DNA of 64,000 bases from Isurus oxyrinchus (lineage: Eukaryota): contig JANJGN010000017.1 of assembly GCA_026770705.1 (NCBI GenBank), forward strand, positions 41,664,001-41,728,000, in the 5' to 3' direction. The stretch's first letter is position 1, and each line of letters starts with the position of its first letter. This document shows, piece by piece, positions 51,971 through 64,000 of the stretch. Made by a program: the position numbers and the translations under genes. A model generated the notes under the pieces. That model was not told the DNA's origin. It saw nothing but the letters and a program-made list of their open reading frames with translations, and made no database searches.

Positions 51971-52765
51971 TACATTTCTTTCTTTTAAGTGCAGTCAATC
52001 ACCCAATATTCAAAATGGACCCCAAGGAAACATATGAAATCTACACTGATTTGATCTAGTCAAGCAAATAATAACCAGGGTATTTATTACTAAAATAACT
52101 AGCGGGGTTAGGTATTTTTTGAGTTTATTATAGTTAATGATATAAATTAGAATCAAAGGCATCAATTCTATCAATTACCCAGCATATAAATAAAATGGCT
52201 TCTGATCCTGATAGGATAAATTGAATGCTTTAATACTCCTGAGGAATTGAGCAAAGCAATCAACGAGGTGCTTAATAGTATTCGGTCAAATTTTATAAAC
52301 AAATTGAGCCAGATATCAGTAAATGCCTGCTGAATATATACTGACTCCTTCTAGGTACTTTGCATTTATCACATTCATCCATGCTGTGGGGTCTTATACT
52401 TGCCTAAATTTGCCAATAAATTTAACTAATAAACTTAAATTTCATAACTTTAGCTAACAATCGGAGTTTATTAGGCAGACAGTATTGAAATCAGACCTTG
52501 TTGGAGGTGGCGGCAGGTAAAGGCAGGCAGCTCACAACAGAAGTGTTGAGAAAAGATTTTCTAAATTCTTCCAACTCTCATGGTCAATGGCAAGTGCATT
52601 TTGGGGGCCCAGAACCATCTTACCCATAAACCTTTAAGGTGTTACATAAAAGTCATGCAATATGTTTATTTTCTTACTTCATGATTTATCTATTTTTAAT
52701 CATAAAAACAAAAAATAAGCACCATTTGTATTATCTATAATTCAGCGAGGCCATTCATTCTCTTA

Positions 52766-52910
52766 TATAATACCCGTTCTGAAGAAGAGTCACATTGGGC
52801 TCAAATCGTTAGCTCTGTTTCAATTTCCACAGATGCTTCCAGACCTATTGAGTTTTTCCAGCACTTCCGTTTTAATTTAGATATCCAACATCTGCAATAT
52901 TTTGCTTTGA
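52766..52910 (+). mobile_element. PLE-derived single arm with degenerate hammerhead
   Basis: gttCTGAAGA-A-GAGTC-acattg-GGCTC-AAATCGTT...ccacagatgcttccagacctattgagtttttccagc. TSD core cattctctta at 52756-52765 and 52916-52925. Confidence 0.72.
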
Positions 52911-53176
52911 TCGTCCATTCTCTTAACTCATTTTCCTCACCACTTCCCTCCATTTAGCAATACTTTTTCCTGCTTAAAAGAAGCATCCATCCTCTCCAAC
53001 TTCTTTCCACATTTTGCAGAGGCACTGTTTCCATCAAAACATCCCTGTTCACAGAGCACTTTTTGCCTCTTCAACTAGACACAGTAGCTTTCTTGCTTTT
53101 TAACCCCAGCACATTGGGATAAAAATGGGTCTGGGCCTGCAATGCAGTAGGAGTGTGGGATGAACTCAACAGACCT

Positions 53177-54210
53177 GGGGGAGGATTTTCTACTCGTCGG
53201 GTGGGCCTGGGAACAGCCATGAAACCGGATGCTGCCCATGATCAGGCTGCGCCCACGATTTCACCCTGACTGGCTAATTAACAGCCAGCCGGTGTGAAAG
53301 GCGCGCTGGCGCAGCGGTTTATGCTGAAAGTGGTGACCGGTGGCCCCAAGCTTGCCCTGGCTGCTGCTAATTACTCTAAACCGCATCTGGCTACCCTCTG
53401 GAAATATGCTCAGGCGGAGCTCGCTCCTTCAACTCCTGGAGAAACCCCAGTGGCTGTTGAAAGCTTCAAGGGTCTTGTGGCATCATTTAAGGCTGGGAGT
53501 TACAAATGAATAACTGTAAATGATGCCCTAAGGAACATGCCTGTGGCCACAGAAATTGTGATGTGATTTTACATTGGCCGAAGAGGCCTGATTGGATATA
53601 ACGTTTGAACCCTACTCTGTGTTGCACCAGCATTCCATTGTAAATGAATGAATAATATTTCAAATTAAATAGAGCCATTATTAGAACTTAAAAAAAAGAG
53701 CCTCAGCACTGCTGGTGTAGGGGGGGGGGTGGAGAAGCATGAGCACTGAAGTGTGCGCATGCGCGGGGAAGTATATATTGACAGCTCCCTAAAGGCACAG
53801 GGAAGTGATGAATTTTAAATACAAAAATAAACTTTTTACATATGAGATAAACATGTCCCCACATGTGACTCAGTCTTGTGAAAAAGGATGTTAAAAATGT
53901 TTTATTGTTTTTTTAATAAGCATTGGAAACCTCATGCCGCCTGTGGATGCGGTTTCGTTAAAAATGCAAAGGCCGCCTGTCCTATTCGCTGCCCACCAAC
54001 TGAATAGTTGAGCGGGCAGCGAAAAAATACAACTTAATTATTTACTTAAGGGCCTCAATAGGCCTCTTAATTGTCAGCGGCCGTGCTGCCGCCTCTTGCG
54101 CGCGCCCGCCGACCAAAAGATCACGAGTGTGTGCAATGACATTCACCGGATTGTGCGGGGACACTCACCGGACGTCATGGCGCACTGTTTCACTCACCGG
54201 ACGTCATGCC
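53177..54210. mobile_element. MITE related to 39788-40465 (opposite orientation) with an internal insert at ~53320-53700
   Basis: Reverse-complement similarity, e.g. acatgtccccacatgtgactcagtc, ggaaacctcat and ggcctcaataggcctcttaattgtcagcgg. Confidence 0.6.
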
Positions 54211-56300
54211 CCTAAAGATTGATAGAAATTGGAGCTTGAGCTTTCTGAATAAGCTGCTCATGCTGGCAAAACATCAGGGGCGTACTGACAGATAATTGTG
54301 TAGATGTGTATGGTATATGATGTGAGCCATGAGGTGAAAATTGTAAAGGCTGTGACCTCTCTCCATTAACAGTGGACATGTTTCATTGCGGCTCTTAAGG
54401 TAATGTCTTGTTTCACAGAAAATAACAAATATCCATTCTACCAAAAGATTATGGTCCATTTTTTAAAGGCATGGTTGACAGTACAAGGATAACATTAAAT
54501 TAAAAGTACAGCAACTGATTGAAGCTTCTCAGTGTCATCAATTAAGCTGACAGTAATCCTTAGTCAGAGTGTTTGGAGCTTTTGGAACCACAAACAAATT
54601 GACTATGCATAGATCAAATCATACACTTAAAAGTTTACTGGTTTAGTTTCATCATTCCTTTCATACTGTATAACCTGACCTCCCCATGATTAAATTGCAA
54701 TATTGTTGCCCCATTAAGGATGTTCTGGGGAACTCTTGACAGGTTGAAAAAATGTAGCAACAGCTTTCAGTTTGCTGTCTAAAATCACTCCCAGATGCAC
54801 TGCGGGCTGAACTTGATTGCAGCATGTATCCATCCTTACTGAAAATATTGGACTCAGAACGATTCTTGGATGATGTGACAGTTCTTTGTCATTGCACCTC
54901 TGCCAATAAGTGGGATCAGGTGTTGTTGCAAAGCCCAAGATTGAACATCTATCTTGAGTGGGACATATATCAGTTAAAGTGACTTTAATGACAGTATTCA
55001 ATATTGTTGCAATTTGTAGTGCATGCTCAATAGTCTTTTGTAACACCATGGAGGAATGAAAAGCCATACCGAACTCAGTAACATTACAAGTGGATCCTTT
55101 TTCAGCCCTATTCTTGACCAGGTATCAGGTATCAATTGCCAACTAATTAAAGTTTAGTCTTATCTGGTAGAATGCATTTTAATTATATTCAAAATATACT
55201 TTCTTGTTTGAGTGACACCATTGTAAGGAATGCACACTCATCATGTCCTTGAAATTATACTGTGATAGTTTATGATTGTTTAACGGTTATTGATTAAATA
55301 ATATTTCTGGTAAAATAACAAAAGGATATCATATAAATTTGTCAATTGTTGATGTGCTGTTTTCCAAATTTCAAGATGCACAATTTCTGTGTGAATTGTT
55401 AGCAAAGTAATTTCTTAAATGCAGCAAATATGTCTTTTTATGCAGTATTTGTTCAGGGAGCCCAGGCATAGTCCCAGCTCTGCATACAGTGCTGCATGTT
55501 AACATAGTTTGAATATTTTTGTTAGAAGATTTGGGGGGCAGGCTTGGAGAAAGGGTGTGAGTAAATGGCAGAAATATGCATCAGGCCAGATCCTCAACGT
55601 GTTCCCGCCTCCTTGCACTTATACTGCAGGTGTTAAGAGTGCCGAACCTGCCTATCAGCGGCAGGAAACCAATTAAGGTAATTAGGAAGGCAATTAGTGG
55701 GCATATTTGGAAGGCTATAGAATTTTGCCAGTGCAGCACAGGACATTGCTGTGCCTTCAGCTCATCTACTCAAAGGAGGCGCAAGCAGAGCAGAAGGTTG
55801 GATTCATATGTAGTGGTCACTTTAAAGGATAAAATTGGTATTCCTTAGGACATCAGCAGGCAATTGCTTGCAATTGTTTGCTTGTCACCTATAGCCGGAT
55901 TCACCATATAATGCTGGGTGTGAGGAATTGGCTGCAGGTCCTATCTGTAACAGAGGTCTCTGTTTTGTGCCATCCTCATCTTCTACATTCACAGCAGCAC
56001 AAAACACTCAGACTGGGTTTGCCAGCCACCCCTCACTTCGGGCCTGATTGGCCCTCCCATGCCCTCAGGCCGCCTGTCATCCCCAGTTGAACAGTGCTCC
56101 AGCAGATGCCTTCAAAATTGGGCTCCTCTGAAAGATTGCACCTGATGTCCCACCACATACATGTCCAGCTTCGCAACCCAGAATCAGCCCAATGTTGGGC
56201 TTACGACTCAAATGAGAAACTTCAGCTCGTTGTTGCCACATAAACGCATTTGAAGAGCTGTTTTCCTTCAGTATTAAATGAATTACTTTTCTAGGAATGA

Positions 56301-56522
<222 letters not shown>

Positions 56523-58113
56523 TAAAATAATAGATGCCACAGATAATTAATACATTCAAAGTATAAATGTAAAACAAGGAACTGAATTTGGACCAGTTTG
56601 CATTTAGAGCCAGTTTTCATGTGAGAGGCTCCAAGCAGAGTTTTCAATAGTTTTTGACATTCCAGTGGAGCTGGGAGAACTCCTGTATCTTCCAGATGCA
56701 CATTTAGCCCCATGGTCGGGTGCAAACAATGTAGCCTAGTTTTGCATTGGGTCTCGAACAGTCGTTATGCCCCCTATTCACAAAAACAAAGATCTTAATG
56801 CCTGCTTCAAACATAGGAGCTGGATGTCCTTTTACCTCCTTTATCAATATGGTGGATGGCGTGAAATGATTACATAGCACTGCCACGTTGTTAGATGTTT
56901 AGGCACCTGAAAAGCAGGCACAAATTTCTCCCCTCCGAGTTTTATCAGTATTCTTCAATAGATGCATTCAGAAATTATTGAAAATGAAATGATGTTTCTT
57001 TCTAAGATGCTTTATTTTGTTTAAAATGTTACTTTTGGGTGTGTATCCTAAAATAACACATAAATCACTGATATCTTCTTTCCTTATTCAGAATGGTAAA
57101 AATAAAAAGTTGGCATGAATTGTGTGTCGACATGGCTTGCTATGTATTATTTCACTGGGAAGAAGGCTGGCTAGGAATAGTTTCAATGACAATTTTTAGA
57201 TTAAATATATTTTTATTTTATAAAGGGGATTGGTTTAGTAATACTATATAGACTACCTGTGACCCTTCATGTACAGTTCATTTAGAAAATATAGATATTG
57301 TGCAAGTGATATATGACCAGCACTACTGTAATATTACATGCCTGCGGTGGCACTAATTATTGCCTTTTACAATCAGCCCTATAAATACTTTGTAAAGCAA
57401 AGGTCAGTGTCTAACTTTTGTCCTCTCCACTCCAGAAGAAAAAGATTAAACTGAACATTTGTGCCAAGTATCCATAAGTTCAAACTAATTTTTCGAGTCA
57501 AGCTGGTCAGTTTGTTCAGAGGTATACCACTTTTTACATCCTTCTAGAACAATTATCATAACAGATATTAATTATTCATTCCAGTAACAACGTGGATTTT
57601 TGCTGAAAATTGGAATCATAGCTCTCAAATCATGTAAACCATTCTTACTGGAGGACATAATAACATGGTTGTATCTTTCCATTGTTACTAGCTCTTTCTA
57701 CAGTATCATGCAGCCAATGCCTATGGAATTACCCATGAACTGGTGGCTTCCTATAGTCAAGATTTATAATCAAGTACTTTTGAAGTGCTTTGGATATAAA
57801 TCCTACTCCAGGGAAGGAAAATGGTGTAACAATGGTTAACCATTAGTATCTGTTGAACAAATGCAAAATTATCCATTATTTGCTGAGTCAAGTATATATA
57901 GTATGCTTCTTACTGTGTGAAAGCTTAGCCCCTCAGCAGTCAAGTAGAATTTTTCTCTGTGATCCCAGTAGCCATTTGTATCAAATTCGTGAAACATATG
58001 CCCTCTTTTCAATTATTTTTAGTTGCTAATCCTAGTGTAGGATTAATAAGATCATCACCACATAGAGCAAATTATCACCAGTTGTCTGTATCTACCTTAG
58101 TTTGAAACATTAG

Positions 58114-58338
<225 letters not shown>

Positions 58339-58426
58339 TAGCATTGTAGAGTTAGAATGTGATTACTGAGTCATATTCCCTTGCAAATATACTTGTTTTC
58401 AACTCATAATTCAACTAATATTTTGA

Positions 58427-58898
58427 TACACTGACAAACAATTTAAGATTGTCAGTTGGGCTCGCAATGTGGCACATTTGCATGCACTGGAAGCTACGTA
58501 TATTAATACATAGGACCCTATTCTTTGCACACAGAAAGAACATGTACACATACTGCGCCTGTTTCAGCTAAACAAAATAAGTGGCAGCCATTTGCTGGTT
58601 CATTCCCCAGGGTAATATCTTGATTATTCAGACTCGAGCTGCCTAGTTAAAATTTCAAACGATTCTTGGCAGTTAACTGTCAGTCATCATAAACTGGTAC
58701 ATTCTCCATGGCAATGCCTCTACCAATCAGAGTCCACTTGCCAACCAACTAGCACTCTCTTCTTATACAGTATAAATTTGTTGTTCCCCTGGCATGAGCA
58801 TTTTCTGGTGAATTGTCCTGATGAGCGCAAGATGAAAACCTTTGACAAAAAGTATCCTTTTTTTCAGCAATACTCAAGTTCTGTACTACCAAATGACT
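58427..58898 (+). mobile_element. Penelope-like element 3' end (GIY-YIG C-terminus, 3' UTR, hammerhead)
   Basis: YTDKQFKIVSWARNVAHLHALEATYINT*DPILCTQKE resembles the GIY-YIG tail (LE..yI....P.Lc.q). CCAAT/TATA-like motifs. Hammerhead at 58813. Possible TSD t(a/g)ttttgata. Confidence 0.75.
58813..58848 (+). ncRNA. Minimal type I hammerhead ribozyme motif (degenerate)
   Basis: TTGTC-CTGATGA-GC-GCAAG-AT-GAAA-ACCT-TT-GACAA: stem I TTGTC/GACAA, intact CUGAUGA and GAAA boxes, weakened short stem II and quasi-palindromic stem III. Confidence 0.7.
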
Positions 58899-59850
58899 GT
58901 TTTGATAATTAGTAAAAAAAAGTATATTACATCAAAACCTAACCAAGTGCTATGATTAACAAAGATAGCACATAATGATTGTTTATTGAAATTGTGAGGA
59001 ATAGCCAGGTGATATCAAGAAACAGCTAAGTTCACTGAATACAGTAAAGGCAATGGACCTCAACAAAACCTCACTGTAGTTCTCCAGAATGAGCTGCACC
59101 TCTAACTAATCTGTTCCAGTACAGCTAGAACACAGACAACTGCCCAACAAAGTGAAAAATCCCCAGGTATGTCCTGTCCACAGGACAAATCCAATCCAGC
59201 CAATTACTGCCTATCAGTTTACTCTCAATCATTAGCAAAATGATGGAAGGTGGCGTTGATAGCTACCATGTGGCTCTCCTTTATATGGCTTCATTCCGGT
59301 CTGTGATGCACTGTCTTTTTCCGCAAGTGGAAACGTGGTGTTGAAATGCTGGAAGTTTGAAAAGCACAAGGAGCTGCTGAAGTGTCTGTGCTTCATTCCA
59401 GTGGATGTGACTAAGTACACATGAATCACGCTGCTCAGTTTTGTTGGATGCTTGCTATATGAGCTCACCTTTCTTGATGCTAATGTGACAATAGTTTCAG
59501 TTTTAAGCTGCAACTTGAAATCTTCTGCAGACTGGCTAACTACATAGAACCAAATTTGGAAGAGGCTATTTTAGATCTTTTCTTGTGTAAGAGACAAGAT
59601 TAATTAATAATCTCATAGTAAGGGATCCTCTGGGAAAAGAGTGATCATATTTTTGTGGAATAGATTGAGTTTGAGAGTGACGTTCTTAAGTCTGAAACTA
59701 GAGTATTAAACCTAATAAAGCCAATTAAATAGGAATGATGCTAAAGTGGATTAGGTTGAGTAAGAAATCAGATTTAAATACATGGGGTAGATAAACAATG
59801 GTGAACTATGAAAAAATTTTCATAATTCTCAGTTAATATAGATTCCATTT

Positions 59851-61058
59851 ATTAATTCATTTTAGGTATGTGGGTATCACTGGCAAGAACAGCACTTATT
59901 ACCTGCCCCTAATTGCCCTTGAGAAAGTGCTGGTGAACCACCTTCTTTAATTGCTGCAGTCTGTGTGGCGAAGGTATTCCCACAGTGCTGTTAAATAGGA
60001 AGTTCCAGGATTTTGATCCAACGTGATGAATGAGCGGCAATAAAATTCCAAGTCATTGATGCTGTGTAACTTGGAGGGAAACTTAGAGGTAGTAATGTTC
60101 CCAAAAACCTGCTGACCTTGTCCTTCTAGGTGGTTAAGTTAGCAGCTTTTTAGATGCTATTGAAGAAGTCTTGGCAGGTTGCTGCAGTGCATCCTGTAGA
60201 TGCAAAGTGTGCTGGTGATGAAAGGAGTGAAGTTTTAAGGTGGTGATCAGGTGCCGATCGAGCAAAATGCTTCATCCTGGGTGGAGTCAAACATCTTGAG
60301 CTTTGTTAGAGCTGCACTCATCTGTAAAATGAAGACTTTTCCATTATACTCCTAACCTGTGCCCTTCAGTGATGGTATACTTTGGGCAGTCAGGAGGTGA
60401 GTCACTTGATGTGGAATACCCAACCTCTGACCTGCTGTACTTTATAGTATTTATATGACTGGTCTAGTAAAGTTTCTGGTCAATGGTGACTTTGAGGATG
60501 TTGATGTAGGGAGTTCTTGGGTAGGTGTTCAGATTCTCTCTTGTTGGAGAAGGCCTTTTCCTGGAACTTGGGTAACGTGAATGTTACTTGCTATTTATTA
60601 ATCCCCGTCTGAACATTGACCAGGTCTTGTTGCATGCGGCAAGGATTGCGAATGAAACTGAACACTATGCAATCATCAATGAACATTCTTGTTTCTGACC
60701 TTTTGATGGAGAGAAGGAGAATGATGAAACAACTGAAGATGATTGGCCATAGGACACTATCCTGAGGAATTCCTGCAGCAATTTCTTGGGACTGAGATGA
60801 TTGGCCAAATACAACAAAAAACACTTTCCTTTGTGCTAGGTATGATTCTAGCCAGTGGAAAGATTTTCCTTTGATTCCCATAGACTTCAGCTTTATTAGA
60901 GTTCCTGGATGCTACATCTGGTCAAATGCTCCTTGATGTCAAGGACAATAATTCTCACCTCACCTCTGGAATTCTTTTGTCCATGTTTGAGCCAAGGCTG
61001 TAATGAGATCTGGAGCCATGTAATTCTTGCAGAAACCAAACTGACCATCAGTGAGCAG
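59851..61058 (-). mobile_element. CR1/L2-superfamily LINE 3' part (same family as 24808-27010)
   Basis: 3' end ttaattcattttaggtatgtggg. RT remnants GIPQDSVL, MFIDDC and QFGFCKNY.APDLITAL. Confidence 0.75.
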
Positions 61059-61669
61059 GGGAAATAAAAACTCCATGGGAAAAATGATCCATCCATGGCT
61101 AACTAAAGAGCATAAGGATATAATTAGATTAAAAGAATCTAATGTTGCCAAGAAGAGGAGTAAGACTGAAGATTGGGAGAGTTTTGGAGACCAAAAATGG
61201 ATGAGCAAAGGAATTATAAAGAAGGAACAAATAGAAATGAGAGAATAGAATTTGACAATAAATTTCCAATAAAAATAAATTGTATGATCTTCTGTAAGTA
61301 TGTAAAGAGAAGGAAAATAGCAAAATCAAGAGTGAATACCTTTGAGGCTGAGACAGGAGAAATTATAATGGGGGATATGGAAATGGCAGTGACGTTAAAC
61401 ACCTATTTTGTATTTATCTGGACAGTAGAGCACACAAAAATATGCCAGAAATAGTAGCGAACTAAGGGTCTAGATAGAATAAGGAACATGAAGTAATTAA
61501 TATTAGTAATGAATACTTGTGGAGAAGTTAACAGGAGTAAAAGTCAACAAATCCCCATGGCCCAATGGCATATATCCTAGGGTCCTAAAAGAGATGGCTG
61601 CAGAGGAAGTAGATCACTGGTTGTGATCTTTTAAAATTCCATGGATTCTGGAATGGTCCCAGTGGATTG

Positions 61670-62182
61670 GAAGGCGGCCTTGACAAGGTGGACACCGAAA
61701 GCATGTTTCCTCTTGTGAGTGAGTCCAGAACTAGGGGGCACTGTTTTAAAATTAGGGGTCACCCTTTTAGGACAGAAACGAAGAGAAAATTTTTTTCTCA
61801 GAAGGTTGTGCGACTTTGGAATTCTCTGTCTCAGAAGGTGATAGAGGTGAAGCCACTGAATATTTTTAAGACAGAGGTAGATGGATTCTTATTGGATACG
61901 GACTTGAAACATCAACAGTATCCCTCTTCGCAGATGCTGTCAGACCTGCTGAGTCTTTCCAGGTATTTTTGTTTTTGTTCTAGACTTCCAGCATCCGCAG
62001 TATTTTGCTTTTATCTTAGATGGATTCTTGTTAGGTAAGGGAATCAAAGGTTATCGGGGTTAGATGGGAATGTGGAAATCGAAACACAGGAAGATCAGAC
62101 ATGATCTTATTGAATGGCGGAGCAGGCTTGAGGGGCTGAATGGTTTACTCCTGTTCCTATTTCTTATGTTCTTATGTTCCTA
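61670..62182 (+). mobile_element. Younger CR1 3' end, interrupted by a PLE arm
   Basis: LDKVD..MFPLV.ESRTRGH..FFSQKVVRLWNSL; tail ttcttatgttcttatgttc. Confidence 0.85.
61891..62016 (+). mobile_element. PLE-derived 5'-truncated arm
   Basis: gacttgaaacatcaac...cagatgctgtcagacctgctgag...ttccagcatccgcagtattttgcttttat. Exact 13-bp TSD tagatggattctt (61878-61890 / 62017-62029). Confidence 0.82.
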
Positions 62183-63101
62183 ACCTCTGAATTATTCAAG
62201 AAAGGCAGGAGAGAGAATATGGGAAATACAAGCCAGTGAGCCTGACATCAGCCATCAGTAACATTGGAATCTGTTATTAAGGAAGTGACAGCAGGGCACT
62301 TAGAAAATCATAATATGATTAAGACAGAGTCAGCATGGTTTTACGAAAGGGAAATTGTGTTTAAAAGTTTTGTTATTTTTTTGAGGATGTAACTAGCAGG
62401 CTAGATAAAGGGACCCTGGATGTAGCATATTTGGATTTTCAAAAGGCCTTTGATGTAGTGCCACCAAAAGGTTGTTGCTCAAGCTAAAGGCTCATGGAGT
62501 TGGGATAATGCAGTAAAATCAATAAGAAATTGGTTAAAGGACAGAAAACAGAGAGTAGAAATAAACATATCATTTTCAGTGGGCTGCTGCAAGGATACGT
62601 GCTCGGGCCTCAGCTATTTATAATTTATATTAGTGACTCAGGTGAAGGGATCAGGTGAAATCCATCTAACTTTGCTGACTACACAAAGCTAGGTAGGTGA
62701 CTAAGCTATGAGGAGGATACAAAGAGGCTGCAAAGGGACATAGACAAGCTAAGTGAGTGGTTAATAACATAAGAACATAAGAAATAGGAACAGGAGTAGA
62801 GCATTCAGCCCCTCGAGCCTGCTCCGCCATTCAATAAGAGCATAGCTGATCTTCTTGTGTTTCAATTTCCACATTCCCATCTAACCATTATAACCTTTGA
62901 TTCCCTTGCCTAACAAGAATCTATCTACCTCTACCTTAAAAATATTCAATGACCCCGCCTCCACCACCTTCTGAGACAGAGAATTCTAAAGTAGCACAAC
63001 CCTCTGAGAGACAAATGTTCTCCCCATCTCTGTCCTAAAAGGGTGACCCTTAATTTTAAAATAGTGCCCCCAAGTTCTGGACTCACCCACAAGAGGACAC
63101 A

Positions 63102-63413
63102 AAACAAAAACAGAATTACCTGGAAAAACTCAGCAGGTCTGGCAGCATCGGCGGAGAAGAAAAGAGTTGACGTTTCGAGTCTCCATGACCCTTCGACAGA
63201 ACTTGATTTCGAGTCCAGGAAAGAGTTGAAATATAACCAGCTTATATTTCAACTCTTTCCTGGACTCGAAATCAAGTTCTGTCGAAGGGTCATGGAGACT
63301 CGAAACGTCAACTCTTTTCTTCTCCGCCGATGCTGCCAGACCTGCTGAGTTTTTCCAGGTAATTCTGTTTTTTGTTTTGGATTTCCAGCATCCGCAGTTT
63401 TCTTTGTTTTCAA
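63102..63413. mobile_element. Young, near-perfect palindromic PLE-derived element
   Basis: Arms 63106-63236 and 63242-63372 are exact reverse complements around a 5-nt spacer (ccagc), giving near-identical ORF translations on both strands. The right arm has a ~35-nt tail. Exact 14-bp TSD cacaagaggacaca (63088-63101 / 63414-63427). Confidence 0.92.
63275..63313 (+). ncRNA. Minimal hammerhead-like motif with variant core (mirror copy on the - strand at ~63165-63203)
   Basis: AGTT-CTGTCGA-A-GGGTC-atgga-GACTC-GAAA-CG-TC-AACT: stem I AGTT/AACT, 5-bp stem II, palindromic ACGT stem III and a GUC cleavage triplet. A6 of CUGANGA is replaced by U. Confidence 0.65.
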
Positions 63414-64000
63414 CACAAGAGGACACATCCTTTCCACGTCCACCTTGTCAAGGCTGTTCAGGATCTTGTATTCTTCAATCAAATCACCCCTCACTCTTCT
63501 AAACTCTAGTGGAAACAAGCTCAGTCTGTCTAACCTTTCCTCATAAGACAACCCCTCATTCCAGGTATCAACCTAGTAAACCTCATTTTAAAGGCCTCCA
63601 ACGCATTTACATCCTCCCTTAAATAAGGAGACCAAAACTGCACACAGTATTCAAGGCGCGGTCTCACCAATGCCCTGTATAACTGAAGCATACCATCCTT
63701 ACTTTTATGTTCAATCCCTCTCATAATAAAGGATAGCATTTCATTAGCCTTCTTAATTAGTTGCTGTATCTGAATACTAACTTTTTGTGACTCGTACTAG
63801 AACACCCAGATCCCTCTGCACCTCAGAATTATGCAGCCGTTCTCCATTTAAATAATACTGTTTTTTTGTTCCTCCTGCCAAAGTGAACAACTTCACATTT
63901 CCCCACATTAAACTCCATTTGCCAGATCTTTAAACTCACTCAACCTCATGTCCTCTTCACAACATACTTTCTTACCTATCTTTGTGTCATCTGCAAATTT

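Larger units (their letters stand above)
59545..62765 (+). mobile_element. Decayed CR1 in three pieces (~59545-59850, ~61060-61670, ~62185-62765)
   Basis: AILDL..C..PLG.SDH, HPWLTKE, QHGF.KGK and YLDFQKAFD, in the correct order across the interruptions. Confidence 0.75.
62766..64000 (-). mobile_element. CR1 3' part (runs off the window), interrupted by the palindromic PLE element
   Basis: Tail aacataagaacataagaaatagg. ORFs 63530..63739 and 63249..63551 (RPRLEYCVQFWSPY, SYEERLDRL..RGDLIE). Confidence 0.9.

Noticed and set aside
54770-54980. + frame LKSLPDALRAEL.. reminiscent of a CNG/HCN C-linker; - ORF containing HLGVILDSKL reminiscent of a LINE
   Set aside because: Similarity is limited to a few residues, with no continuation or convincing splice sites.
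63043-63426. Near-identical ~100-aa ORFs on both strands as a protein-coding pair
   Set aside because: A direct consequence of the palindrome, with no protein-family signal.

Overview
Eukaryotic genomic DNA, very probably from a cartilaginous fish (shark-type CR1 LINEs, a Deu-domain SINE and shark-type Penelope/Harbinger repeats). The only host coding sequence I can recognise is two + strand exons of CPXM2 (discoidin/F5-8 type C domain; 56369-56453 and 58174-58324), so the window looks almost entirely intronic. It is packed with decayed, nested transposable elements: CR1 and L2-type LINEs, PIF/Harbinger transposons, and Gypsy LTR elements with readable LTRs, PBS, PPT and TSDs. Three things stand out. 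(1) A family of short Penelope-like (PLE) inserts carries minimal hammerhead ribozyme motifs and 12-15 bp TSDs. Several are fold-back palindromes, and one has sandwiched a ~500-bp copy of nearby genomic DNA between its inverted arms. (2) Two related tRNA-Ser-primed Gypsy elements both carry a UACA/RAI14-like host coiled-coil fragment and lack RT/RNase H. (3) A PLE 3' end with a near-canonical hammerhead lies on the CPXM2 sense strand just downstream of an exon. All calls are by eye. Boundaries without a stated TSD are approximate, and protein-family assignments need database confirmation.
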